Shown: in pieces, positions 48,866 to 62,924 of the stretch
How the letters are laid out: the number at the start of each line of letters is the position of its first letter
How positions within the stretch are numbered: the first letter of the stretch is position 1
NCBI RefSeq assembly: GCF_018977255.1
Contig: NW_024704742.1
Coordinates: 29,576,001-29,640,000 of the forward strand
Direction of reading: 5' to 3'
DNA: 64,000 nucleotides
DNA from: Callorhinchus milii
Lineage: Eukaryota
The notes under the pieces: generated by a model
Database searches by the model: none
What the model was told of the DNA's origin: nothing
The model's input: only the letters and a program-made list of their open reading frames with translations
Made by a program: the position numbers and the translations under genes

Positions 48866-51800
48866 CTGCAGAGGAAAAAAATTATTTAGTAACCTGTCGG
48901 GTGATGAGTGGTATTACCACACTAGACGAATAACTGTGGAGGAAAAATATTTTTTAAGTCCAGAAAAAGACATTACTACAATAATGCCACCTAGCCACTG
49001 CTCCACCACACCTTCCAAGTCCATCGTGAGCATCAGTCACTCTCGAATAAACCCACTCTAGTTCTGCCTGTGTCCTTGTCAACTATGCCTTCCGGATACA
49101 TTGGTCATACACCGTTTGAGGATTCGTGCTTTGTGCAAAACAAGTAACCAGTTACCATACTTGACAGCAATTCCTTGTGAAGTGCTTTGAGACGTTATGA
49201 CATTATAGTCATTAGATCAAATGCAAGGATTGTTGTTTTAATAGGAACGACAAGACCATCTTGCATTTATATAGCACTTTTCACATAGAGTAACACAAGG
49301 ATAGAGCCTTGAGGTATTCCGCAGGTGACTGTGCGAGAGCAGGAGGTAACGTCAATTGGAGGAGACAGAGTGGAGCTGATGGGTGAAGTAGGACAGGAAC
49401 CAGGAAAGTTGGCTTCGGCTCCCACCCCCAGCCTGGGTGCCCAGCCAGCATTACTGAGTGCATTGAGGCATCCTTCCGATGTGAAAGGGACTACATAAAT
49501 GTAAACTGTATTGTTCACAAAATCTTCTCACACAAAATCAAGTGAACTGGCACCATTGATGGTGACCTATGAGCAATCACCTAGTTGCCCTGATAAAAGT
49601 GGAATCGTGCAGGACTACTTAAAGCGAGCATGTAATACATGGGGGAAAATTGCAACGTGTGATGTGTCAAGTAACGCAAATTAGCATGTTGTTCAATATT
49701 ATGCCCTGCTGATAACGAAAGATTGGACTGACCCGCAGTGGTCTCACACGCACACATACACATACATTACACATACACACGCGCACACATAACACATATA
49801 CACACACACACAATTACACATACATACACACACACCAGTCCAATGGTTGGGCCCAAAGCTTGGCACACAGATGTAACTGAGATACCGGCATCACCAGTTT
49901 TATTGTTGTCTAAAGCTGCAGTTATGTATGACCCCCCTCCCCCAACCCCACCACCCCGATCTGTCTCCATGACAACAGTTGAGCCTGAAGCCGCCTGTGA
50001 CAGCCGTTGCACTTTTGGGCCTGAGTGCCGAATGCCGACGTAACTCTGATTTATTCTGTGAGTTAAGCCAGTTTGGTCCTCAGTGTGTGCTGTGATTGCT
50101 GATCTCACCTGGGGCGGCGGTTAGCAGGCTGCTATAAATAACCTCAGTGCCACTGGGCTGGGGGGGAAGAGAAACAAAATTAACCTTGCTTCCTGCCCCT
50201 ATTGGCTTTACAATGGCTTCCTGCTGGAAAATGTATTGATGTAAAGTGAGGTGAGGGCTGGAGCAAACCCAACTGTGATGTTCCCCAACAGTTGAACAGC
50301 CCTCCAATAGACGCACAGTCTGGATTTATAGATGAATCTATAGGACCAAAACAACAATAATAACAACTTGGATTTATATAGCGCCCTCCACGCCGGACGG
50401 CGTCTCAGAGCGCTTCACAGCAACGACCACAACAACAACAAATTACATTTGTATAGCGCCTATCATGTTGGGAGGACGTCCTAAGGCGCTGTAAATTACA
50501 GGACAGAAAAAGGCCATTCGGCCCATCGTGCCTGCGCCAGCTCCTTTAAGAGCAATTTTTTAAGACCCATTTACCTGTCCTTTCCCCACAACCCTGTAGA
50601 AACATGACCGTGGGCACTGTATTAATAAAATACTACAGGATATGGATAAAAGGTGGAAAGTGGGATTTAAAAATCTGTTATGATCTGATAAACTGGCAGA
50701 ATGGGTCTAATGGCTTCCTCCTGTTTTTTTGCTGCCATTCACCGTGGCTGGAAGTGTACCTGAGCTGGGGGTAGCATCTGAAGAGGGTGGGAAGGGAAAA
50801 TGTGACTGAAAGTGCAGTCAAAGAGGTACGTTTTGAGGTGGGCCTTGAACGAGGTGAGGGAGGGAATGAGTTGCCAGGACTCCAGGATAGTTTCCAGAGA
50901 ACCGGGGGCAGAATGGATAGGGCGAGGGATATGAAGCAGGCCGGTGTTTGCTGAACGAAGGGAGCAGCAGGATCAGTAGGGTGGAAGGAGGTTGCAGAGA
51001 TTAGGGTGGAGCAAGAGAGTGGAAGGTATGCCCAAGTGAGCATGGTCTCATTCCCTCTACCCCCCCATATTTCCTTTCACTACGTCTTCACCTCATACTT
51101 TCCCCCTTGGCCAGACCAATTAACATGGAATAGTCAACGTGTAAGTAAAATGTGTGTGTGTGTTGGGAGAGGGAAAGGGAGCAGGGAAGGGAGGGATGGA
51201 AGATGTGGAATATTACAGTGTAGTCTGTTAGTACAGTACAGTAAAACTTAAGCCACCAGCTGTAACCTCAATTTGCCCAGGATTAAAATATAAATGCATC
51301 TCATTGAGAAGCGTATTCCACTGCAGCACGAAGTGACTTTTTGTGGAGGTTGAAACCCAAGGGGGATTAGCTACTGCAGTTTTATTACAGCCTCCTGCAC
51401 AAGCGGTGGCTTTACATTTACTTAACGTTAGCCACTGTGTTTCTGCATTCTCGAACGAAGATTAATTTCGCCTGGCATCCTTACAGCAAAATGTTATGTC
51501 TCGCTGTCACTGGCACTGTACAATACAAAGATACGCAAGGCAGCTCCTCCAGTTCACCTCAGTCTTCACTGACTTGTTGTTGTTACACTTATGCATTCAG
51601 GTATTAGTTGGTAGAGGCACTGGTGTCTGAGAATCATGCTTTAAAAGAAAATCACAAAGCACAAAGCAAAGCTTTTTTGATGGGATAAAGAAACAACCAC
51701 AACAACAAGATTACATTTGAATAGCGCCTTCCACGTCGGGAGGACGTCCCAAGGCATTGGACAGTGTACAGCATTTCAGACCCGAGCTGGGGTCGGGGGG

Positions 51801-52687
51801 GGGAGAAGGGAGGGGAGGGGAAAGGGCGTTTCATATGCATTTCACATGAAACATACGTTTCACCCACAAAAATATACCGGCAATTCACTTTACAGTATAT
51901 TCTGTGAAGCGCTTTGAGACGTCTCGAAGACGTGATAAGGTTCTATAACAAATGCAAGGATTATTTATTATTATTATTGGCTATTATTGGCTCTCCCCAA
52001 AAAGGCTGTGGATACTGGATCCATTCACATTTTCGAGACAGAGGTAGATATTTGTTAGGTCAGGGTATTAAGGGATATAGGGCAAGGCAGGTAACTAACT
52101 TGAGGTACAGATCAGCCATGATCTTATAAAATGGTGGAACAGGCTTGAGGGGCTGTTTCTATGTTTGAAAGAGTAATCGCAACCTCGTTTCTGACAACCG
52201 TACAAGTAAATTCACAAAGACTCTTGAGGGGAGAATTTTCACGTGGGTCTAGATTTACTCTATTTATGCAGCATTTGGAGAGTCCAAAATTTGGTAAATG
52301 TTGAATTCAGTCTTAAATTAACTTTGAAGCTGGTTTTTCGTAAATTCTTAAAAGAAATTTACAGATTAATGGCCTTGAAATTAAGGCAGTATTTAAGAAT
52401 TACCCAAACATTAGTCACTTTGAAATGCTGCATAAATAGAGTAAATCTAGACCCAAATGGAATTTCTCCTCCTGTGTCTCAAATGCCAATATTTACACAT
52501 CAGTTCTCTTACCGCACACTACTGTTAAAGATGTATTTTAACCTTTTGACAAGCATGTCAACATTTAGGAAATAAGGGATGCTTTTAAAAAAATGTTTAT
52601 TACTTCTCCTCTCCACGTCAGCCCCTCCCCGCTTCTCCTCTCCTGAATGCTCTGGCTCACGCTGCAGTGGGTAGGTTCTATGTACAT

Positions 52688-53060
52688 GTCAGCCTGGCTC
52701 AAGGTGGTAGCACTCTCGCTTCTGAGACAGAAGGTTATGGTTCAACCCCCACCCTCCCACATGTCGGGATTTTGAACTCACAGTCTAGTTGACACTCCAA
52801 CATAGTGTTAGGGGAGCATTGTATTGTCAGAGGTGCTGTTCTTTTGAATGAGATTTTAAACCAAGGTCCTGTCTGCTTGGTCAGGTGGACATTAAAGATC
52901 CTATCTCATGAGTTGAAAAGAGAAGGGAGTTTCTCACGGTTCGTGGCCAACAATCCCCCAGATAAAATTGGTCATTCACTCCATGGCTGTTTGTGGGACT
53001 TTGCTGTGTGCACAAATTGGCTACTGGGTTTGCCTGCGAAATACGAACACTACAATTCAC
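52688..53060 (+). mobile_element. Deu-domain SINE
   Basis: gtcagcctggctcaaggtggtagcactctcgc...caggtggacattaaagatcc. Confidence 0.75.
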
Positions 53061-53437
53061 ATTGCCCTGGCACCTCCTTACCTCTCTCCGACCTGCGTAC
53101 ATCCCACTCCTTTACCATCCCCTATGGTCGGCTAGCTGGAGTGCTAGCTTTCTCACCTGAAGACCTTCCTCTTGGACTGTGCCTACGTCACCTCACCCCT
53201 CCCCCTGCCTCGGGGTCCTGCTCCACTGCTGTAAAGCACTCTGGGACACTACCCTGCGTGAGTGGAACTATTTAAATGCAAGTTGTTGTTTCTTTTCTCT
53301 ACTGCTGTCAAACTACAAAGCTGTTCATCTAATTGTTTCCCAACATTCTCCCCTCCTTTCCTGAAGACGTCTACTGACTCCATCAGCTGTCAGGAAGAAT
53401 AATATGCTGTGTGTCAATTTGATTTGTGAGTCTAGAC

Positions 53438-54323
53438 CAGTGCTGGCCGACCCGTTGGCCCTCATGGGATGTCAAGAAGTGGCCCGCCAACCACCCCCCA
53501 CCCCATCAACAACAACAACAACAAAATTACATTTATAGAGCGCCTTTCACGTCGGGGGGACGTCCCAAAGCGCTGAACAGTCAGGTGTTGGGGCCCGAGC
53601 ATGGGGAAGGGGTGGTGTTCGGGTGAGGGAAGGCAGAGAGGTGGGAAGGAGACCAAAGGCACGGTCAAAGACAAAGGTCTTGAGACTGACCTTGAAGGAG
53701 GCAAGGGAGGAAGTGAGGCGAAGGGACCGCGGGGTAGAGTTCCAGAGTGTGGGGGCAGAGAGGCTGAAAGCCCGGCCACCGATGGTAGGGCTGGTCGGGC
53801 GGGAGCCATGGAGCAGGCTGGAGCCCGATGAATGGAGGGTGCGGGCAGGTTGGTTGGGAATCAGCAGGTCAGAGAGGTAGGAGGGGGCAAGGCCATGGCT
53901 GGCTTTAAAGGTGAGGACGAGGATCTTGAGCTCGATCCTCTGTGAGGATGGGGAGCCAGTGGTGTCGGGCGAGGGTGGGAGTGATGGGGTCGTGGAGCCT
54001 GGTGAGTGAAAGTACACGAGCTGCAGAGTTTTGGATGATCTGCAACTTGTGAAGGGAAGAGTTGGGAAGGCTGATGAGGAGGGAGTTCCCGTAATCAAGC
54101 CTTGAGATGACGAATGCGTGGGTGAGGGTTTCAGCAGCCTGAGTGTGAGGCAGTGGCGGAGTCTAGCAATATTGCGGAGGTAGTGGTAGGTAGTGCCTGT
54201 CATGGCAAGTCTGGGCCAAATCAGTCCCTCGTTGCCAGTAGCCACTGAGCCATGATACCAATGGTGCAGCGATAAATAAAGAGAAATTCAATAAAGAAAA
54301 ATGTATTTGGTTGGCGCCCACTG
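53438..54323. mobile_element. Non-autonomous hAT (Charlie-like) element interrupted by an L2 insertion
   Basis: Exact 8-bp TSD GTCTAGAC at 53430-53437 and 54324-54331; imperfect TIRs CAGTGCTGGCCGACC / GGTTGGCGCCCACTG (11/15). Confidence 0.75.
53507..54205 (-). mobile_element. L2 3' fragment nested in the hAT element
   Basis: [12 protein letters not shown]...[22 protein letters not shown]; tail gggacgtccccccgacgtgaaaggcgctctataaatgtaattttgttgttg. Confidence 0.88.
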
Positions 54324-56379
54324 GTCTAGACAGTGTGGGTTAAAACCATTCTGCAGGAAAATGTTAATGTAAATGGCACTTCAAGCGGGAAAAGATGTCT
54401 CCACGTAAAGTACGCAGAGGAACTCCTCATAAGTCACGCGGACTCACGGGAACACTACTTTGATTTCTCACGGAATGGTTGTGATGGACATGAGATTTGT
54501 TGCACGAGATGCATTTGACATCCTGAGGCACTTTTTCCAGCAACTGTGCTGTTTACACTGCAGTTTTCCTGTCTTGGAATGCTTTATCAACCCCATTGTC
54601 GGCGAGTAGGCTATCCAACTGTGAAGGGCATCAGAGTGGAAGCCAGAGCCCAGTCTCAACATACGCGCGCCTGGACTTGCTGGATTTTGTCCTCCCTCCG
54701 TTCCCCCCTTAGCCTGGGATCTGCTGCGCTATATCAATACCTTCCTCGGGAATCGTACCTCAATGTAAGAAACCCACGGGAAAGATAAATTAATCCTTAC
54801 AAGGCAATGGCAGAAACATTGTGGACTTTGCAAGCTGCAAAAGAACACTCAGTGTGCAGAGGGTTAAGGCCCAGAGAGCTAAACTGGTACATTCTTCATG
54901 GTGCTTTGCACTTACATGAGGTTCTGTGTACGTGGCTGGTGAGGACTGAGCAGTTACTGCAAGTGGCTAATGATCAGCAACTGCCCGCAGTCAATTAGAA
55001 TATTATCAATCTAATCATCGCCATTTCTCATTCTCTCCCCCTGTGTGTGCAGGGCCACCGCTGATGAAATGCTATCAGTTATGTCAGCCGTGCATTGGGA
55101 GCCCGTGAGATCACCATGGCAACATCATCCCATCGTAATGGCTATTGGAGAGCTTTACGGAAGATCAGGTGTGATGGTTTTCCTCCACACAAGAGCTGCC
55201 AGAAATCTGTACACTTGCTGCTACAATTCTACCCGGGAGGAGCAGGGGGAGGGGAAGACAGGAGGAAGGATAGAAAGATAAAGCTAGAGAGAGAAAGAGA
55301 GAGACAGACAGACAGACAGACAGCTTATAAGGATATCGAGAATTACATTTGATATAGTGCCTTATCATATCTCAAAGCGCTTCACAGGATATACCTTAAA
55401 GTGAAGTGATTGTGTAGTCAAAAGCGGCAGGTAATTTGTGCACCACAATGTTCACAAAGCCATGCAGTGAATGACCAATTTTATCTTGGGGATTGCTGAC
55501 TGGGGCACAGGGACACTGGGAGAAACTCCTTTCTTTTTTTGAAAGGTGCCCAGGAATCTTTAAAATCCACCTGAACCTGCAGAAGGACCTCAGATTATGA
55601 TGAATCTTTATTCACAGACATGCTGATAAAATAACAAAGGGGCAGGAAATTATCCACAACAGCTACAAAAAGAACTGGAACTGGGACATTGACTATAAGG
55701 TCTTGGATAACACTCCCCAGAATTAGGTAAGCAGGGTGTCCGGCTGAGAAGAGAGAATGCATTTCATTTTAGAAGCAGGGAAATTTCCATGAGTAGATGG
55801 CATTCATGAGTGGACCCCTCAGACAGGTTTTGATACCCTTAAACGTGGTGATGGATTTCTGCATGAGTCAGACACACGGCTGACCCCCAAAAAAGTCTTG
55901 GATCTGCATTTTGCTCCAGTTATTTTATAGTCCAGTAGTTCTGCAACTTGGCCAATAGGCAGTGCAATTTCTACAGATTGAAATACCAGTTTCCCGCTAG
56001 ATCAAGAAATGTCGCACGTGGACTCGAGTGTCAGCACTGCAACCGCTAACCTTAGAGGTGCGAAGAGAAACAAAGCACTTTACTGCAGCCAATGGTAAAT
56101 GACCTCCCAAGTGTTGAATTGATTTAATTTTTTATATTTATTTGAAATTGGCAACTGACATGAACACATATTGTTAAAATAGACAGTTTGTATCGTGCAA
56201 TAACTAGAGGGCAAAATTTTGATGAACTGCAGAACCCTTGGTCATGTTTATAAAATATAATTTTCCTGCAGTCAGTGCTTATTACCATAGATCCCAAGCA
56301 TACAAAAACAGGCACGATCATCCAAGTGATGTAAATTATAATTATATATTGCAATATAAAAAGACAGTCTGACTGCTCA

Positions 56380-56628
56380 GGTAGATACTCGACTGGCACC
56401 GGCCTCCTGCTTCTCCCTCGCATCCTCTGCCCCACCATCGGAGGTCGTGCTTTCAGCCACTACACCCCAAAACTTTGGAACACTCTCCCCCAATCCCTCC
56501 ACCTTGCCCACTCTCTCGCCACTTTCAAGTCCCACCTGAAAACTTTCCTTTTAATCAGGCTCTGCCACTGTTAAGCACTCTGAGACGCTACCCTGCATGG
56601 AGGGCACTATATAAATGCAAGTTGTTGT
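56380..56628 (+). mobile_element. L2 3' fragment (second tail type: ctgagacgctaccctgcatggagggcactatataaatgcaagttgttg)
   Basis: ccaccatcggaggtcgtgctttcagcc...; the same tail type recurs near 4070-4120, 14345-14405, 32900-32960, 43495-43550, 53235-53290 and 62185-62240. Confidence 0.75.
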
Positions 56629-57691
56629 ATTAAGGATCCCATAATTTATTATTATTATTACTACTATTGAATATTCCTGGCAGCAAAGACTGAAGATGAA
56701 TTATGTTTCCCAGAATCGTAGTGAATGAGTTTGGGAAAACCTGAAGACAATATGCTTCAACATGTAAATGAACGCTTTGCTTGTGCTATTCCAAAATGCT
56801 TATCTGGCTGGAGCTTTTCCCTTTCCCCTTCATTGTAGCGAAAAAAATCTTCCCTCTCGCTGGCTTTACAGATTCCACGTGCTCAGTAGAAAATCTGATT
56901 AGGAAGGGGCTAATGCTATTTGACCGAGCATAGTACAGAAGTCTTGGGTTACACATCATTATGGCTGAAGTAGGTGGCTTGGTAGGAGCAAACTTGATGA
57001 TCAGGTGGAAGTCTGGGTGACTACAGAATTTAATGCCCAGTTACATCTTATCACATGCCTGTCAGTCACTCGCCCCGAAGCTCTGAAACTCCCTCCCTCC
57101 CCACTTACCCTGACCATTTCCCCAATGCTCGGGTCCTGACCCAACTGTCCAGTGCCTTGGGACGTCCTCCCGACGTGAAAGGCGCTCTATAAATGGAATC
57201 TTGTTGTTGTTGTTTCAAATCCTGATTAAGAGCTCCCTCAGACACTGAAAGGGCACAGAACTGTTCTTTCCACAAGGACAATATGCCAGTCCAGTCACAT
57301 TGCACAGAGAGAGAGAGAGGGAAGAGAGTACGTTCACTGAAGTCATGAAAATTTTTAATTTTGAGACAGATAAAAGCACTTCAGAGTTACGCCCCTCAGT
57401 GTCGATTATCCTCTGAGTTAACTCAAATAATGTATTGGGGTGAGAATTGCAATGTTTCATAATAGATTCATATTATTGTTGTCATCCCATCAATCTGTTA
57501 TGAAATGTCGCATTCTTCACTCCTATATATTTGAACAAAACCACAAACCACTGAAAAGCATGGAAGTTACACTGGGGTCTCACCTGTGGCAATTTCTAAT
57601 GGGATTCTTCAACATGAAATCCAAGCGGAAGCTCCACAGGTATCCAGAAATAAAGCACACAGACCTGTGGGAACACCACCACTCTGAAAAT

Positions 57692-58080
57692 GGAGTCCTG
57701 TAGCTCAGTGGTTAGAGCACTCGCTTTGCAAGCGAGAGACCTGAGTTCAATTCCAGGCACAGGGCGAAACCTTGGGCAAGTTTCCTTACTCCACACGCCT
57801 AATAATATTCCCTCCAAAAAAACAAAACAATAATAAATTGGTCATTTTCAATCTACGACTGTTTGTGGGGCATTGCTGTGCGCAATTGGCTGCCGCGTTA
57901 GCCCACAAATATACAATCAATTCACTTTACAGTATATTCTGTGAAGCGCTTTGGGACGTCCTCCCGACGTGAAAAGCACTATATCAAATGCAAGGATTAT
58001 TATTATTATTATTCTGTGAAGCGCTTTGGGACGTCTGGAAGATGTGAAAAGCGCTATATCAAATGCAAGGATTATTATTA
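57692..58080 (+). mobile_element. Full-length tRNA-derived SINE (short form) with duplicated 3' tail
   Basis: ggagtcctgtagctcagtggttagagcac...; two successive tattctgtgaagcgctttgggacgtc...caaggattattatta units. Confidence 0.9.
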
Positions 58081-58624
58081 TAAAATAGTTTGCTTGGAAG
58101 CAGAGTTGTCGTGGTTTGGCATGGAATTGGTATCTATTTCATGTCAGCCACTTTGTTCCTGCTCTTTGGAACTCTAAATCCTGCCACCTCGTTCTCTCCC
58201 TTCCTTCTCTGCTTTGAAAACCCTTCTCTCTTTGACCACGCCATCATCCGTTCCTTGTCTACCACCCTCCACACCAATCAGGCTCCATTTCTGTAACGCG
58301 TTTTGAAACATTCTCCTCCATAAAAGCTGCCAAATAAGTCAATTTTATGCTCTTCAACTAGAAGGAGATCAGTGTCTGAAGAGGGGGGTGTCTCCTGGTG
58401 TCCTGGGCAACAAATCCCTCACACAAAATTAGTCAATTACTCCATGTTTATGGGACACTGTTGTGTTTAATTGGCTGCTGCGTTTCGCCCACAAAATACA
58501 CAGTCAATTCTCTTTTCAATATATCCTGTGAAGCACTTTGAGACATTTCAACTATGTGATAAGGCGCTATATCAAATGCAAGGATTATTATTATTAAATG
58601 GGATTTCTTATTTAGGAATAAAAT

Positions 58625-58939
58625 AAAAATAATAATAATCCTTGCATTTGCTATAGCGCTTTTCATGTCTTCTAGACGTCTCAAAGCGCTTCACAGAATA
58701 GACTATAAAGTGGATTGACTGTATATTTGTGGGCGAAACGTGGCAGCCAATTGTGCACAGCAGTGACCCACAAACAGTTGTGGATTGAAAATGACCCATT
58801 TATTATTGTTTTTTTTTCTTGAGGGATTATTATCAGGCGTGTGGAGTAAGGAAACCTGCCCAAGGTTTCTCCCTGCTGGGAATCAAACCCAGGTCTCTCG
58901 CTTGCAAGGCGAGTGCTCTAACCACTGAGCTACAGGACT
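58625..58939 (-). mobile_element. Full-length tRNA-derived SINE (short form)
   Basis: Reverse complement of the consensus, tail-to-tail with a + strand copy at ~58385-58595. Confidence 0.9.
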
Positions 58940-61900
58940 GTAGCCCTACTGTACTAAGGAAACAAATTAGAAATTGCTGCATATTGAACCCCGATATTGG
59001 CGAATGATGCCGATCTTATACTTAAGAGAGCTTAGAAAATAGGTACACATAGAGCCTTGCACACATCAGGTTGTGCTGTTTTCACTGTTCAGACCAAATG
59101 GCTGTCAAACAGCCTAACAGATCTGGGGGCAAAGTGCCAAATCTGGGATTTGGGGATTGTGTCTTCTTTACCGCTGCAGATTTACAAGCTTAAAGAGGAA
59201 TTAACAGTCTCTTGAATTGCACGATCCCTGAGTGTCAGACAGACTTGAGTACTTGTCTCAGTCACTCGCCTCCTCATAGCTACGCGAGTCTCCTCCCTGT
59301 GACATTGTGAATGCAGAATGCTGCCCATCTCCTACTCATGATTTCAATAGGTGGGGGAAATCCCTTGTTTACCCCTCCAGTTTTCTTGCCTGCTCCCCAT
59401 ACCTGAAGTAGTTTCACTCATTTTTCCCATCTGAGCAGGTGGAATCACTGGGATCCACTGGTAAACCGGCTAAAGTGCCCATCACACATTGAGTGACAGC
59501 AGCTATATGACTAGGGCTGAGGGGCATCACACACCAATCTGATCCTAAACTCAACCAATGGGCTCACGCACACACAGATACACATAGATGCGCACACACA
59601 TAAACACAGATTTACATGCAGACACATATAAACGCACAGACAGATGTGCGCATGTGCGGATGCGCATACACAGACACATACACAGGCAAACACACATATC
59701 TTCCAGCACAGGTCAATGGATAACAGTCTGGTTTGATTGAGAAACCTGGCTGATTTTTTTTACTCTCTGTAGCTCGTGGCCATTGAGACCACTTGGTAGT
59801 TACTGCTGCTCTGGCTGAGAGCAGCTAATTCAGCACAGAGTGAGAATAAACCATGCAGATGTCCCGTCTGTATGGTTTAGTGATGCTAAAGCACAGGGTG
59901 GTGCTTTGACACACTGTGCCATGGTGGGGGAAAGGGCAATGACAAGAATACTGAAAGCTGTTAAGAATGCTGAGTCGCAAAATACCCAAGTCCTATGAAG
60001 CACTGCAGAGTTTTTTCTGCGCACCTTTCAGTTCCTCTGTTCTTTTTCCCAGCCAGTCTGCTGCCCTACTTGTGTTTGTGTGCCTCCCGTTGATGGCAGA
60101 CAGATTCGGCCACTGGGAGGCAGTTGCCTGGGAAGACCTCCTTTCCAATCCCAAATGGGTAGTGACTGTGCTCCTCAGAAGCCGGAAACTCAGTGGGTTG
60201 CGAGCATCAGGCCAGCGACCTCATCTTAAACCTCTGCTGTTTGGTGCAGTCTGTGCTTTACCTCTCCTGACAGTACTCAACAAAATTCACTCTTCCACCT
60301 TTGCAGAAATCCTCCACAAAGATGTGACTGCATGCCTGTCAGAGCCTGATCATTTTTAAGGTGACTCCTTTATTCTGTAGTAAAATGATGTGATGTGTAC
60401 TTAGCCTCCATCCTGTTGGGAGCTGTGGCAGCTCCAGTAACAGGGGTTTCCAATGATCTGAATAATGGGTAGCACATGCTATTATGCTATCTTGTTTCTT
60501 GACATAGCTAAAAGGACATTCAGCTTGCGAACTTTTACTTTGGACCATTAAAGATGTATTGACTTGATGGAAATGTGACCAGTAATCCAATGGATTGAGT
60601 TCAAGATTTTCTTCCTACCCTTCAAATCCATACACAATCTGGCCCTTATCTAACTCTACAATCCCCCCCCCCCACCCATTCTCCTGTCCACACCCTCTGA
60701 CCTTCTGACTCTTGTCTAATGCTCGTTCCTCACTCCTTCCACCTGAACCATCTTCACACATGAAACCCCAACACTTTGACTTGTGCCTCTCTCCCTGCCT
60801 TCAATAGCTTCTTAAATACTCACCTCTTTGGCCCTGCCTTTGGTCTATGCTCAACCTTCCACTACTTCCCTCCCTGCTTGGCGATTACCTGTCTTTGATG
60901 CAAAGCACGAGGAAATGATCAAAATTATTAACACTGCTTCACCTGTTGATTCAGACAGCAGAGGGTAGGGGCTGGAGAGGATTGTACAGGTTGATAGTGG
61001 TCAGATTGAAGGAATTTGAAAGTCAGGATGAAGATCCTGGAAGTCAATCCATTAAAATACTGGAGTACCTGAATGGCCTAAACTAAGCATAGCCAATCAC
61101 TGTGCCTACCAGCTCAACTACACAGTGCGCTACTGCACTAGTTCTTTGTGTTGCTCAGAAGGTTTACTGCAGCTTGGTGGATGCAGTTTGAAAAGTAACC
61201 CCGCAGCTAACGTACTTTTTCAGGATGTGAAATCCCTCTGGTTTCTAACCGTTGATTGACCCAACAATCTTAAACCCTTGCGCTGGTGCAGTCCTGTTTG
61301 ATGTGTGAACATTTCCTCTACCCCATATTTTAGAAAAGATGCCACATTGTCTGGGCTGGCAAATAAAGAGCAACCACTCAAGCAAGGCACATGGTGGTGT
61401 ACAGTAAGTGCCAGTGCGTGAGAGAACAGGAAAAATTAGAGGGAAATATTCTAGAATAGAAACTTCCAACAAAATGATCTACAGAAGTATAAAAAAAGAA
61501 ATATGTTAACAAACAAAGTGATGTATTTTCACTGAGTATCTTACTTGACAATATGCTCAAGGTCATTTTCTGGGTTCACAAATTTAAGACCCTTTGATGA
61601 ATAACAGGCCTCGCTTGGGAAAAGCTTTCAACCAAAATGAAGGCTATATTTTGTCATTAATCTGTTGCTTATGTTACTTGTAGACAGAAGCACAACATTT
61701 CTTTCTCTTCTCTTAAGCACAGGGAGAACTTTACAATGTTCCAGGGATCTATACTCCCACAGCCTCTTCCAGGTCCTGACAAAAAATTGAACAAACTCCA
61801 GTGCACGCGGGGGAGCTCAAAGACAGTCTCTTAAGACAGTGATTTTGCCAATCATGCAATAAAAGACACATGGATGGAAATAACACCAACAACATTTGGT

Positions 61901-62924
61901 GAGACTGTTTTGTTTTGTTTTTTTGGAAAAAATGCAGCATTGGATTTCAGCAGGGAGCTTGTTACAATGGGCGAATGTTTTAATAATTCATTTTTATCTC
62001 TGTTGTAGCTCAGCGACTTTACTGCGAATGAAAAATGCTTTTAGGAACACGGGTGATAAACAATTTATAGACCTGGAAGGAACAGTGAGCTGATCACAAC
62101 CACATGTTTGCAGCTACCTCCAAGCTCAGCACTTTTGTATGTTGAGCTTTGTTTGTTTTGTACTGTCGTGTTCTGCCACTGTCAAGCGCTCTGCGACACT
62201 ACCCTGCGTGAGGGGTTCTATATAAATGCAAGTTGTTGTTGTTTTTATATGGCATAACTCGTTCAAAGATTCAGCAGACTTATACCAAGGCTGACAAGGA
62301 AATATTTTCAGTGCACAGAACAAAAGCAGGAATCATACATCACCCATTTGGGAAAGTTCAAAGAAAACCCACTGGGATGAATATTCCTTTGCCACAGGAA
62401 ATGTACCCTTTTCACCTCTCCTTGCATTCACACACGTTTGTGGTGAATCTCCACATGTCTGCTCTCCGCACCACTGTTCAAATACACTTTCCATGTCTAA
62501 ATGCTTCTCTCCTCTGTCTGTGGTTGACATAGTCTTACTCAAAGCGCACGTGTGCATGGATTTACCCAGGTCTCAGAGAGCTTATTCAGTGATCAACTAA
62601 GCCACTCGGACCAGAAAAATCCCTGTCTGTGCTGATCTCAGCTAGAGTGGGCACCAGTGAGTTCACACCGTCTCAGCACTCCAGTTCAGGTAAAATAAAT
62701 CAGCCAGGATTCCCGCCCATGATCCCCCTCTCTGCTGAAGATCCACTTGTGTGGACTTTAGAGTAAGTAAGGACAGGATCAGCTTTGTCTGCATTCAAAT
62801 TGTCTTCTTACACTCACTGTCTCGGCTGACATGTGAGCAAGATAACCAGTGGACATCCATAAAATCATATCCCAGTGAAAGGGAAAAAAATCTATACAAC
62901 TTAACATATTTCCTTAATCCATAA

